Source of the DNA: Candidatus Yonathbacteria bacterium RIFCSPHIGHO2_02_FULL_44_14
Lineage (GTDB): Bacteria > Patescibacteriota > Minisyncoccia > Phycocordibacterales > UBA1550
DNA length: 64,000 nucleotides
Reading direction: 5' to 3'
Assembly (NCBI GenBank): GCA_001823535.1
Contig: MHUT01000006.1
Span: 27,631 to 91,630 of the forward strand
Of the stretch, positions 27,975-40,672 are shown in pieces. Under the pieces are notes generated by a model. That model was not told the DNA's origin, searched no databases, and saw nothing but the letters and a program-made list of their open reading frames with translations. The stretch's first letter is position 1. Each line of letters opens with the position of its first letter. Made by a program: the position numbers and the translations under genes.

Positions 27975-27987
27975 TTAAAGAAAGGAC

Positions 27988-28599
27988 ATGAGCAATATTG
28001 ATTCACTCGCGCAAGCATTTATGAAGTTCCCCGGCATTGGAACGCGCCAAGCAAAGCGTTTTGTGTATTTTTTGCTTGCTCAGGATCCACATTACGTAGA
28101 AACACTTGCGCGTGAAATTTCTGCGCTGAAAACAACAATCACTCAATGTGCTAGCTGTTTCCGTTTTTACCCGCGTATGGGTACAGGTACGATTTGTAAC
28201 GTGTGCATCGACGATGCAGACAGCAGCACGCTTATGGTAGTGGAAAAGGATACCGACTTTGAAAGCGTGCGTCGTAGCGGAAGCTATGCGGGGAGGTACT
28301 TTATTCTCGGTGGCACTATCCCCGTCCTCGAAAAAGACCCTGCGTCAAAAATTCGCACCCGAGAGCTCCTTGAGCGTATTGAGGGAGCCTCTGCAGACGG
28401 TCTTACGGAAATAATCCTCGCGCTTTCTGCAAACCCCGAGGGAGACTTCACCCGCGACTATGTACTCAAGGTGCTCTCCCCACTTACCTCTCAACTTGGC
28501 GTCAATATCACCACTCTTGGTCGCGGTCTCTCCACCGGCACTGAGCTTGAATACTCCGACGGCGATACCCTGCGCCACGCACTTAAGAATCGAGGTTGA
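27988..28599 (+). CDS. recR: Recombination mediator RecR
   Basis: PGIG HhH, C4 zinc finger, TOPRIM, ELEYSD. Confidence 0.95.
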   Translation: MSNIDSLAQAFMKFPGIGTRQAKRFVYFLLAQDPHYVETLAREISALKTTITQCASCFRFYPRMGTGTICNVCIDDADSSTLMVVEKDTDFESVRRSGSYAGRYFILGGTIPVLEKDPASKIRTRELLERIEGASADGLTEIILALSANPEGDFTRDYVLKVLSPLTSQLGVNITTLGRGLSTGTELEYSDGDTLRHALKNRG

Positions 28600-28666
28600 T
28601 TTCCTCTCCCGTTATGATAGTCTGTCTATAGAAAGTTTTTGTATTTAAACTAAAGAAAAGGAGACA

Positions 28667-28924
28667 GTGATGGCACAAACATTAGCTGAATACAGAGCAA
28701 ACCCACCCACTCACATTGTTGAACTTTGCGGATGCGGATGTGGAAAACCCCTGGAGAAAAATGATCCTGGTGGATATAGCTACATGGTTGTTGATAGCAA
28801 AAAAGTCCTCGTTAATAACGATTGCTATTGGGATTCATTTAGCGATGATTTCGATGAAGTATGTGGTGGTTGTGTTGGTGGACTCGGAATTCACGGCCCG
28901 AAAAATAAATGTCCGCTTGATTAA
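28667..28924 (+). CDS. Small Cys-rich hypothetical protein
   Basis: CGCGCG, DCY, CGGC, KCP motifs. AGGAG SD and downstream terminator. Confidence 0.7.
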   Translation: MMAQTLAEYRANPPTHIVELCGCGCGKPLEKNDPGGYSYMVVDSKKVLVNNDCYWDSFSDDFDEVCGGCVGGLGIHGPKNKCPLD

Positions 28925-28940
28925 AAATCAAGCAATAAAA

Positions 28941-28968
28941 AAACCGGCATCACTGCCGGCTTTCTTTT
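28941..28968. terminator. Bidirectional terminator
   Basis: CCGGCA-TCAC-TGCCGG flanked by A- and T-runs. Confidence 0.7.
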
Positions 28969-28979
28969 GAGCTTCTAAC

Positions 28980-29297
28980 TTATTTAATCGCGTCGATAGT
29001 TACTTTCATAAAAGGCTGGCGGTGGCCGTTCTTCTTGAAGTAGCGAGATTTGTTGCGGTAGCGAATAACGATAACCTTCTTCCCGCGACCTTCCTCTGCG
29101 AGTGTTGCATGAACTGATGCCCCTACAACTACTGGGGTCCCTACGAGGGTCTTTGAACCGTCGTTTACAAGGAGAACCTGATCAAAGACAATCTTGTCTC
29201 CAACCTTGGGCTCGCCGGGAAGCTTCTCAATAACGAGAGTTTCGCCGGGAGCGACCTTGTATTGCTTGCCACCTGTCTGTATTACTGCAAAATTCAT
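28980..29297 (-). CDS. rplU: 50S ribosomal protein L21
   Basis: AVIQTGGKQYKV, GHRQ. Confidence 0.97.
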   Translation of the reverse strand: MNFAVIQTGGKQYKVAPGETLVIEKLPGEPKVGDKIVFDQVLLVNDGSKTLVGTPVVVGASVHATLAEEGRGKKVIVIRYRNKSRYFKKNGHRQPFMKVTIDAIK

Positions 29298-29391
29298 AGT
29301 CTTCGTATTCTACACGAAATAAAAGAAAATGCAAGGGTATGCGTGTTTTTTCGTCGCTTGTATATGACCGCCCTATGCAAGCGCCGAACGC

Positions 29392-29420
29392 TTGACAAAA
29401 TCAGGGTTCCTTGTTACTTT
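29392..29420 (+). promoter_or_regulatory. Sigma70 promoter for putative ncRNA
   Basis: TTGACA-17 bp-TACTTT with extended TG. Confidence 0.7.
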
Positions 29421-29426
29421 TGATTT

Positions 29427-29681
29427 GGGGCTCTTTGCAACCTTCGTTTTGCCAGCAATTGGCAATTGGTCTACGGCCAAGCCGGCGAATCAGCTGATTC
29501 GCCTGTGGATGAAGGTACGCATGGAGGTCCTATCTCGTGACACCTCGTTTGCGAGGCACGGTGTATCCCCCCTCTTGCAACCGAGGGTGTTATGAGATGT
29601 TGTACCTTTGGTCCCACTTTTACCACTATAAAAGACATGACCGCCCCGGAGCGTTATTCCCCTTTCGCCCCGGGTTTTTTT
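29427..29681 (+). ncRNA. Putative structured non-coding RNA (6S-like or unknown)
   Basis: Promoter upstream, long G-U-containing hairpin 29532-29598, 5' GGGGC can pair with GCCCC 29643-29647, terminator with T7 at the end. Confidence 0.55.
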
Positions 29682-29695
29682 ATTAGCGACGTAGA

Positions 29696-29722
29696 CGAAT
29701 CAGCAGATTCGCGTCTTGGACG
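29696..29722 (+). repeat. Hairpin repeat family copy (intergenic)
   Basis: 27 bp identical to the copy in cysS. Confidence 0.9.
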
Positions 29723-29778
29723 AAGACTTTAATGAAAAGTACCCTTTTCATTTGTGAGCCGAAGAGTTAATACCGCTT

Positions 29779-30894
29779 TTATTCCTCAATCAAAGGTTTT
29801 TCGATAAGAAGCGGATCGATGCTTGCAGTTTCGCCAGTAATCTTCACCATATCCTTGTCTACTTTTTTGAGCTCTTTGTATGCGGTATTGTAGTGGTTCA
29901 CGGTGGTGCCGAGCGCATTACCGATTTTTTTCATATATTCCTCGTAGGCAACCAAATGCTTCCTGAGCTCCTCAACTCGTCCAATAATGAGCTGTGCAGA
30001 CTCCTCGATTTTGAATGCGCGGAAACCGTACAGTACTGACTGCAGATATGCCGCAAAGGTCGTTGGCGAGACGATGATTACCTTCTTTTCGTTTGTTGCA
30101 TAGTCAATAAGGCTTCGTGTGTTAACCTTGACTGAGCCAACTTCGTTGATAAGAAGGTCGTAATAAATCCCCTCGGCAGGAATGAACATGAACGCAAATG
30201 GGAGTGTTCCCTCTGCAGGGCGCACATATTTTGCTGTTTCGTCTATTCGTTTCTTGAGGTCATTGCGAAAATCTTTTTCAAGCTCCTCTTTTCGGGCAGG
30301 ATCTGCTTCATTTACCACACGATTATAGTTGTCGAGCGAAAATTTTGCGTCAACCGGAATCATGCCATCTTTGGTAATGATGACGGCATCAACCGTTTCT
30401 CCGCTTTTGAATTGATGCTGAAGTTTGTACGCCGTGGGTGGCAAAATATTTGAAAGAATGAGTTCGAGCGCTGCTTCTCCCAGGTTCCCTCTTTGTTTCT
30501 GATGAGTGAGAACTTTTTCAAGGTTTTTGAGCTGGTCTGTGATGCCGAGAACCTGCTTGCTTGTCTCGTTTGCAGAGGTCATTTCCCTTGCCACATTTGT
30601 GAGGTTTCTCGATACTTGTTCGTTGATTTCGCGAATGAGCTTCTGCGACTCATTAAACTGCATATGCACCGACTCCTGCATCTCTTTGTTTGATGAGCCA
30701 ACCTTGGCATCGACAGTTTTCATAAAATCACCGAGTTGAGCCTGAAAATTCCCCAACTGGTTTTGGATGAGGAGAAGTGCATCACCTTGAGGTTCAGATT
30801 GGGATCCCGCTTGTCTGCGCAAAAAAAACACGATTACCATTACGACAATTGCGCCGAGTACAAGACCAATGAGTATAAGTGCGAGTGATGACAT
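29779..30894 (-). CDS. rmuC: DNA recombination protein RmuC
   Basis: TM plus coiled coil, RGNLGE, VDAKFSL, MFIPAEG, SPTT. Confidence 0.93.
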   Translation of the reverse strand: MSSLALILIGLVLGAIVVMVIVFFLRRQAGSQSEPQGDALLLIQNQLGNFQAQLGDFMKTVDAKVGSSNKEMQESVHMQFNESQKLIREINEQVSRNLTNVAREMTSANETSKQVLGITDQLKNLEKVLTHQKQRGNLGEAALELILSNILPPTAYKLQHQFKSGETVDAVIITKDGMIPVDAKFSLDNYNRVVNEADPARKEELEKDFRNDLKKRIDETAKYVRPAEGTLPFAFMFIPAEGIYYDLLINEVGSVKVNTRSLIDYATNEKKVIIVSPTTFAAYLQSVLYGFRAFKIEESAQLIIGRVEELRKHLVAYEEYMKKIGNALGTTVNHYNTAYKELKKVDKDMVKITGETASIDPLLIEKPLIEE

Positions 30895-30895
30895 A

Positions 30896-31093
30896 TTAAA
30901 TTCCGTATGCGCTACCCAAAGTAGTCATCAGCGCGGGAATGGCAAACATTAGCCCAACGAGTGGAAGTACAAAAAGCGCAATGGTTGCATAAAAAGTCCA
31001 CAGAAAATATTTACGGGTTTTTTCTGATGAAATATACACTTTCTGCAAAAGCTCTTCCTGCACCTGAAGGCGGTTCAAAATTTCTTGTTCCAT
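30896..31093 (-). CDS. Small membrane protein
   Basis: 65 aa, coiled segment then SEKTRKYFLW plus TM. Confidence 0.7.
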   Translation of the reverse strand: MEQEILNRLQVQEELLQKVYISSEKTRKYFLWTFYATIALFVLPLVGLMFAIPALMTTLGSAYGI

Positions 31094-31115
31094 GCGGCAA
31101 GTATAACATAAAAAA

Positions 31116-31142
31116 ACGGACTGCCAATTTCTGGCAGTCCGT
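31116..31142 (-). terminator. Terminator after GGDEF gene
   Basis: ACGGACTGCCA/TGGCAGTCCGT stem with a T-run on the minus strand. Confidence 0.75.
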
Positions 31143-31154
31143 GTTCAGGGCTTC

Positions 31155-31697
31155 TCAATCCTGTTTTTTCATTGCTTTTTTGTGGACATACATTGCTTTA
31201 TCAGCAGCAGCATACATCTGTTCAAAGCTTTGGTTCTCTTTTCCGAATGTTGCAACACCAATCGCGGCTCCCTTGAAAAAGGGTAGCAATGACTCCCCCT
31301 TTTTAAGTGTTTGAAGTAAGTGCTCCTTCACTGTGGTGGCACTTTTTTCATTTTGATCTGGAAGGAACACCATAAATTCATCACCCCCAGTTCGCGCAAG
31401 AATGTCGCAGTCTCGGAAAGTGCTTCTTAAAAACATAGCGAACGATCTAATCATTTGATCTCCAGCTTGATGACCATATGTGTCGTTGACTGTCTTCAGA
31501 TAGTTTAGGTCAATGATTAGGATTGAAAAAGGCCTCTTGGTACGTTTGGATCGAAGGATTTCTTCTTCGACCGCCACTTGAAAAACCTTTCTTCGTGGCA
31601 GGCCTGTTAGATCGTCCAAAGTGAGTTCTCTTAGTTCCTTTACCTCCCTTTTCAATACTTCAATTTCTTGCTCCGCTTCCTTCAAAGTGCGTGCCAT
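31155..31697 (-). CDS. Diguanylate cyclase (GGDEF)
   Basis: DDLTGL, NDTYGH..GD, RDCD I-site, RTGGDEF. Confidence 0.92.
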   Translation of the reverse strand: MARTLKEAEQEIEVLKREVKELRELTLDDLTGLPRRKVFQVAVEEEILRSKRTKRPFSILIIDLNYLKTVNDTYGHQAGDQMIRSFAMFLRSTFRDCDILARTGGDEFMVFLPDQNEKSATTVKEHLLQTLKKGESLLPFFKGAAIGVATFGKENQSFEQMYAAADKAMYVHKKAMKKQD

Positions 31698-31833
31698 TGT
31701 GGCCTCCTAGAATTGTTGTGATGTGCTGTTTATAACTCAATCAATTATAGCAAGTTTACATACAAATGTCAATAGTAGCATAGTGTGTAAAAAGCCGTAT
31801 ACTGTAAGGATTAATTGGTAATAATTTTTGACT

Positions 31834-32289
31834 ATGTCCTTACACGAACAAATAAAAGCAGAGGTAAAACCCGCCATGATGGCAAAAGATGCGGTGCGCC
31901 TCTCGGTGGTGCGCAATATGATTTCGGCTTTTACGAATGAGCTTGTGGCAACAGGTAAAACTCCGCAGGACATGCTCGACGATGCAGGTGTCCTGAAGGT
32001 TATCAAACGCCTCTCTAATCAACGCAAAGACTCTATAGAACAGTTTATAAACGGCGGTCGCCCTGAGCTTGCAGAGAGCGAACAAGCAGAACTTGTTATC
32101 CTCGAAAAGTACCTCCCTACCCTTATGTCTCGTGAGGAAATAAAAAAAATTGCGCTCGCAAAAAAAGAAGCTCTTGGTGTGACAGATAAATCAAAAGCAG
32201 GACAGCTTACCGGGGCTATTATGAAAGAGCTCACAGGCAAAGCGGATGGTGGGGATGTGAAGGCAGTGGTGGATGAATTGTTTACCTAA
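31834..32289 (+). CDS. GatB/YqeY domain protein
   Basis: AMMAKD, RKDSIEQF..GRPELA..E..EL..LEKYLP, GKADG. Confidence 0.92.
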   Translation: MSLHEQIKAEVKPAMMAKDAVRLSVVRNMISAFTNELVATGKTPQDMLDDAGVLKVIKRLSNQRKDSIEQFINGGRPELAESEQAELVILEKYLPTLMSREEIKKIALAKKEALGVTDKSKAGQLTGAIMKELTGKADGGDVKAVVDELFT

Positions 32290-33508
32290 TCTTTCCCCGA
32301 AGTTGTCTGTGGAAACCTATCGCAAAACGGTGGGCTTCGCTGTTGGCGAGGAGAATTGAGCGTTCATGTGATTGTGCAAGTATTTTGTCCCCGAGGATAC
32401 TTTTTGGTTTATGACGTTCGTCTTTTACGACACCAACAACGGGAATCGCGAGACCCCACTCCTTGAGCGCTTTTTTCGCAGTGTTTACCTGCGCAGTGCC
32501 TCCATCAACAACAATAAGTTTCGGCATCGGCCATTCAGCGTGATTAAACCGTCGTTCAAGTATTTCACGGAGCGATGCATTGTCATCGTTTGTGCTCGTT
32601 TTAATCTTAAATTTTCTGTAATCACTTTTTTTCGGCTCGCTGTCTTCAAGGACGGTCATCACGCCAACGGTGTTTGTGCCGGAAATATGTGCAACATCAT
32701 AGGCTTCAATTCGAAACCCTGCTTCCCCTAGGACCATCCTAGGGGAAGCTTTTAGGAGAGCGACGTCCTGGATATGATTGAGAGCAAAAATTGTCCGCTT
32801 TATTTGTCCTGCCTCTTCAAATTTAAGATTGTTTGCAGATACTTTCATTTCACGGAGAAGTCCGCTCACGAGAGTTTTCTTCTTTCCTTCAAAAAATAGC
32901 TTAGTACGACGAATTGTTTTTGCATACTCTGTTTTTGATACTAATCCCGCGCACACCCCTGGGCAGAGACCAATCTGCGCATTGAAACAAGGTTTGCCTT
33001 GACCAACCTTACACTTGTCTCTAAATGGAAAAATCTTGCGGACAATATTGAGCGCCTCGCGCAAAACACCACCTTGAGGAAAAGGTCCAAACAAATATTT
33101 AACTTCGCTTTTTAGTCCAAGTCCAAGACGAGAATTTGCTAATTCATCCATTTCGCGCCCGCGCATTGTTGTCACTCTTGGAAAATCTTCTTTTGTTATA
33201 ACAACGTAGTTAAAACTTTTATTGTCTTTTTCTTTCGTATTGTAGGGCGGTTGGTGTTTCTTGATTAGTTGGGCTTCAAGAATGAGCGCCTCAAGAACAG
33301 AATCAGTTTCGATAAAGTCTACGTTCTTTGCCGCTTCAATCATTCCAGCAATAATAGGTCCGCGGGTAGAAATGAGGTCCCGGCGAAAATAGCTCGCTAC
33401 TCGTGTGTGGAGCGAAGTTGCCTTGCCGATGTACAATATCACGCGCTTTGGTCCACGAAATATATAGACGCCGGGGTTGTCTGGAAGTTTTGTTGTTAAT
33501 TTTTGCAT
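32282..33508 (-). CDS. uvrC: Excinuclease ABC subunit C (short form)
   Basis: GIY-YIG (PGVY..YIGKA), UVR domain, RIEAYDVAH, VDGG, EAHRFA. No C-terminal HhH. Confidence 0.9.
   Translation of the reverse strand: MQKLTTKLPDNPGVYIFRGPKRVILYIGKATSLHTRVASYFRRDLISTRGPIIAGMIEAAKNVDFIETDSVLEALILEAQLIKKHQPPYNTKEKDNKSFNYVVITKEDFPRVTTMRGREMDELANSRLGLGLKSEVKYLFGPFPQGGVLREALNIVRKIFPFRDKCKVGQGKPCFNAQIGLCPGVCAGLVSKTEYAKTIRRTKLFFEGKKKTLVSGLLREMKVSANNLKFEEAGQIKRTIFALNHIQDVALLKASPRMVLGEAGFRIEAYDVAHISGTNTVGVMTVLEDSEPKKSDYRKFKIKTSTNDDNASLREILERRFNHAEWPMPKLIVVDGGTAQVNTAKKALKEWGLAIPVVGVVKDERHKPKSILGDKILAQSHERSILLANSEAHRFAIGFHRQLRGKIR
32721..32749. repeat. Perfect 13-bp palindrome inside uvrC
   Basis: GCTTCCCCTAGGA-CCA-TCCTAGGGGAAGC. 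Confidence 0.85.
33121..33146 (-). repeat. Hairpin repeat family copy (inside uvrC)
   Basis: Reverse complement TGAATTAGCAAATTCTCGTCTTGGAC, 22/26 identical to the cysS copy. Confidence 0.8.
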
Positions 33509-33577
33509 ACTTTACATTATGTTTATTAAAGCGTAGCATAAATGGAGATTAACCGTTCCATGTACGAAGGAGTGATC

Positions 33578-33958
33578 ATGAAGAAAAAAAATCATGAAGT
33601 GCCAGTTCTAGCCAAAGTACTATTCCCCGAAACCTATGAAGATGCTGAGAATGCTTTGCTGAGATACATGCCATTCCTAAAAATGCCTGAAATGCGCCAT
33701 CTCCTTGCGATAAAAGCCTCGTTTCTTACAACGCTTGCCATTGGGATGTCAAATGAGCGTGATTGGGACCTAAAAGAAGAGCGCGGTGAAGACGTAAAAA
33801 TGTGCATTTTCCTGTCAAAAGAGACACTACCCGCATCTGAAATGGAAGCGGACGAAGAAGTGAGGAGATGCGCCAATTATGCTTATGTTTCAAAAATGGT
33901 CTCTGGTTATGTAAACGCATTTAGGCTACCTACAAAAAAACTTCCACACAATAAGTAA
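33578..33958 (+). CDS. Hypothetical protein
   Basis: AAGGAG SD before ATG 33578. Sits in opposite orientation between uvrC and uvrA. Confidence 0.6.
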   Translation: MKKKNHEVPVLAKVLFPETYEDAENALLRYMPFLKMPEMRHLLAIKASFLTTLAIGMSNERDWDLKEERGEDVKMCIFLSKETLPASEMEADEEVRRCANYAYVSKMVSGYVNAFRLPTKKLPHNK

Positions 33959-34000
33959 CAGTAAGTTAAATTAAATTGAATAGCTACGGGTTTCCCGCGG

Positions 34001-36598
34001 CTATTTTCTTTTAAGCACCTTTTTCAGGTACTTACCCGTGTGAGAAAGTGGGCTTGCGGCAATCTGCTCGGGAGTGCCTCGAGCGACGATTTGCCCTCCG
34101 CCCTCCCCCCCCTCGGGACCGATGTCTATAACATAATCCGCACTCTTGATAACATCCATGTTGTGCTCTATGAGAACCACGCTGTTTCCTTTGTCTACGA
34201 GTTTTTGCAAAATCTCGATAAGCTTGCGCACATCTTCGTAGTGAAGACCTACTGTCGGTTCATCAAGAAGATAGATTGTTTTTTCAGTATTTGGACGATA
34301 GAGTTCAGATGATATTTTGACACGCTGAGCCTCACCACCCGAGAGTGTTGTTGCTGATTGCCCGAGCTTCAAATATCCCAGCCCAACGTCATTCAATGTT
34401 TTTAATCGATCATAGATCGCAGGAATATCTACAAAAAAATCAATCGCCTCTTCCACTGTCATTTCAAGCACTTCATAGATATTTTTCTTTTTGTACCTTA
34501 CTTCAAGGGTATCCTTTTCAAAACGTTTACCGCGACATACATCGCAAGTAACGTACACTGTCGGCAGGAAATGCATCTCAACCGCGATAGTACCGTTGCC
34601 TTGGCAGGTTTCGCAACGGCCACCCTTTACATTAAATGAAAACCGCCCCGGGCCCCATCCGCGCAAACGCGCCTCAACTGTTTCGGAAAACAAGTCGCGT
34701 ATAAACGTGAACGAACCGGTGTATGTTGCAGGGTTTGAGCGTGGTGTGCGACCGATAGCAGACTGGTCGATGAGTACCGTGCGCGCAAGATATTCTGTAC
34801 CCGTAAAACTCTCACAATTAAAAATATCATTCGTGCGATATTTATATTCCAGGCGTGCTTGAAGATTTTTGTGAATAAGTTCGTACATGAATGTCGATTT
34901 TCCAGAGCCTGAGACTCCCGTAATCGCCACGAGCTTGCCGAGCGGAATATCAGCATTCAGTCGTTTGATGTTAAAAATTGTGCCTTCGCGGATACGAAGA
35001 TGCCCTCTGTCGGTTTCGCGTCTTTTTGGAATAGGCACAGAAACATCGCCGCGCAAATAGTCGAGCGTGAGTGATTTATATTTTTTTGGATTGGTGATAA
35101 GTTCGTCGAGATCTCCGGAAACCACGATGTTCCCCCCATGAACACCTGCACCGGGACCTATGTCAACCATATAGTCTGCTGCAAAGATGGTGTCCTCGTC
35201 GTGTTCAACCACAATGATTGTATTCCCGATATCACGAAGCTCTTTTAATGTTTTAATGAGACGGTCGTTGTCCCTCTGGTGAAGACCAATAGTCGGCTCA
35301 TCGAGCACATAAAGGGCACCAACGAGACGCGAGCCAAGCTGAGATGCGAGCCGAATACGCTGGCCTTCTCCGCCAGAAAGTGTGCCCGCGCGACGGCTGA
35401 GAGTTAGGTAATTCAAACCCACTTCAAGCATAAAAGAAAGACGATTTTGGATCTCTTTTACAACGGGAACCGAGATATCTTTGTCACGAGGAGAAATTTT
35501 TAAGGTCGAAAAAAAGTCAGCTGCTTCTTGGATTGACATATTTACCAATTCAACAATGTTTTTTCCACTCACAAATACATTAAGAGCTTCTTTCCGAAGG
35601 CGCGCGCCATTACAGTCGGGACAATTTTCTTTACCAAAAAAATGCTTTGTGCCAAGTCCGTTACAAAGTTCGCATGCACCATATGGTGAATTGAAAGAAA
35701 ATAATCGCGGCTCGATTTCAGGATATGAAAAGCCATCGTTTGGGCAGGCGAAACGATTGGACATTATAAAATCCTTACCGTCATTTTTTGAATCAGCTGA
35801 TTCGGGGCTTGGTCCGGAACTTTTTTTAGTGAATACGATACGAACAAGACTCTGTGATTCGTCGAGCGCTTTTTCAACTGCTTCACCAAGGCGTTCTCGG
35901 CCCTTTTCTTTACCTTTGAAGTCAGAGAGCAGAATTTCGTCAACAAGTACATCAATTTCGTGTTTTTTTGTTTTTGAAAGCTCAATCTTCTCACGGAGAT
36001 TTTTTAGAGCACCATCAATCCGCACCATGAGGTATCCACGACCGAGGAGATCGTAGAGCAACTGGTAGTATTCGCCTTTGCGTCCTCGTACAAGCGGTGC
36101 AAAAATACGAATAGATGTTGCTTTTTTCCCTGCATCACCTTTTACTTCGTCCATGATGAAATTTAGTATTTCTTCATTACCGAGACGCTTGATTTCAGTA
36201 CCGCAAACGAGACAGTGTGGCTTACCGATGCGCGCATAGAGCACCCGCAAGTAGTCGTATACTTCAGTGATAGTAGCCACTGTCGAGCGAGGGTTTGACG
36301 AGTGTGATTTTTGATCAATGGAAATAGACGGGGAAAGACCAGTGATCTCATCAACGTCAGGCTTCTGCATTTGGTTCAAAAACTGTCGCGCATACGCCGA
36401 GAGTGATTCAACGTAGCGTCTTTGACCTTCTGCGAAGATAGTGTCAAAAGCAAGCGAGGACTTCCCAGACCCAGAGAGTCCGGTAAATACAATCATTTTA
36501 TCGCGGGGCATTTCTACGCTGATGTTTTTGAGATTGTGGGTACGTGCGCCGCGTACAGTGATTTTATCGAGATGTTTCTGTTTTTTAATTTCTGCCAT
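34001..36598 (-). CDS. uvrA: Excinuclease ABC subunit A
   Basis: [15 protein letters not shown], two LSGGE signatures, GVSGSGKST, zinc fingers. Confidence 0.97.
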   Translation of the reverse strand: MAEIKKQKHLDKITVRGARTHNLKNISVEMPRDKMIVFTGLSGSGKSSLAFDTIFAEGQRRYVESLSAYARQFLNQMQKPDVDEITGLSPSISIDQKSHSSNPRSTVATITEVYDYLRVLYARIGKPHCLVCGTEIKRLGNEEILNFIMDEVKGDAGKKATSIRIFAPLVRGRKGEYYQLLYDLLGRGYLMVRIDGALKNLREKIELSKTKKHEIDVLVDEILLSDFKGKEKGRERLGEAVEKALDESQSLVRIVFTKKSSGPSPESADSKNDGKDFIMSNRFACPNDGFSYPEIEPRLFSFNSPYGACELCNGLGTKHFFGKENCPDCNGARLRKEALNVFVSGKNIVELVNMSIQEAADFFSTLKISPRDKDISVPVVKEIQNRLSFMLEVGLNYLTLSRRAGTLSGGEGQRIRLASQLGSRLVGALYVLDEPTIGLHQRDNDRLIKTLKELRDIGNTIIVVEHDEDTIFAADYMVDIGPGAGVHGGNIVVSGDLDELITNPKKYKSLTLDYLRGDVSVPIPKRRETDRGHLRIREGTIFNIKRLNADIPLGKLVAITGVSGSGKSTFMYELIHKNLQARLEYKYRTNDIFNCESFTGTEYLARTVLIDQSAIGRTPRSNPATYTGSFTFIRDLFSETVEARLRGWGPGRFSFNVKGGRCETCQGNGTIAVEMHFLPTVYVTCDVCRGKRFEKDTLEVRYKKKNIYEVLEMTVEEAIDFFVDIPAIYDRLKTLNDVGLGYLKLGQSATTLSGGEAQRVKISSELYRPNTEKTIYLLDEPTVGLHYEDVRKLIEILQKLVDKGNSVVLIEHNMDVIKSADYVIDIGPEGGEGGGQIVARGTPEQIAASPLSHTGKYLKKVLKRK
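35790..35817 (+). repeat. Hairpin repeat family copy (inside uvrA, antisense to gene)
   Basis: GAATCAGCTGATTCGGGGCTTGGTCC. Confidence 0.7.
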
Positions 36599-36654
36599 TG
36601 GATGCATAGAGTAACACACATTTACTCATTTGACCACCGCTGTTAGTTATAATT

Positions 36655-40057
<3,403 letters not shown>

Positions 40058-40059
40058 TC

Positions 40060-40605
40060 ATGCGGACATTCGAGATTATTGCAGCAGTAGCAAACGGAAA
40101 CGTGATTGGATATCAAGGGGAAATGCCATGGGGTCGTCTACCAAACGACCTCAAACATTTTGAGAGTCTCACCATGGGACATTCAGTCGTAATTGGTTTC
40201 AATACTTTGCTGGCCATTGGCAAAATGGCTAACCGCAGAACAAAATTGCTTCCAGGTCGTAAGATTTACGTTTTAACGCGTAATCCAAACAAATTAACTC
40301 AGTTTCCGGATTGCTTCTGGCTTCCAGGAGTTAGGGAGGCTTCGTTGATAAATGACAGGGGACGCGTTTTTGTTGCTGGCGGACAGGATATCTATCATCA
40401 ATTCATAGATCATCCGCAAACGCGGATCATCCACATAACGCGTATCTTTGCAAATTACCACGGCGATACTTTCTTCCCAATTTTGCAGAACGATGCGTGG
40501 CAAATAGAAAAGTATGATGTTTGCCGTGCGGATGACAGAAACAAGCATGAGATTGGGTTTATTACCAAGTCTCGAACGAGACCTCATCAATATGAAATGA
40601 CATAA
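40060..40605 (+). CDS. folA: Dihydrofolate reductase
   Basis: NVIG..MPW..LPNDLKHF, LPGR, AGG..IY, GDTFFP. Confidence 0.9.
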   Translation: MRTFEIIAAVANGNVIGYQGEMPWGRLPNDLKHFESLTMGHSVVIGFNTLLAIGKMANRRTKLLPGRKIYVLTRNPNKLTQFPDCFWLPGVREASLINDRGRVFVAGGQDIYHQFIDHPQTRIIHITRIFANYHGDTFFPILQNDAWQIEKYDVCRADDRNKHEIGFITKSRTRPHQYEMT

Positions 40606-40625
40606 TTCGTTCCGTTTGATTAATA

Positions 40626-40651
40626 AAAAGCCCTATTCACGTAGGGCTTTT
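40626..40651. terminator. Bidirectional terminator
   Basis: AAAAGCCCTA/TAGGGCTTTT between convergent genes. Confidence 0.75.
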
Positions 40652-40672
40652 CTTCTGCAAGTAGAACATGTG

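Noticed and set aside
29392-29595. 67-aa ORF starting at TTG
   Set aside because: Its start codon is the -35 hexamer of the promoter, and the region is better explained as structured RNA.
29427-29681. tmRNA, SRP RNA or RNase P RNA
   Set aside because: No T-arm/CCA or tag reading frame, no SRP helix-8 motif, and no GAGGAAAGUCC.
319-34110. KOPS-like GGGNAGGG polarity around dif
   Set aside because: Only a few instances noticed by eye. This needs a genome-wide count before it can be claimed.
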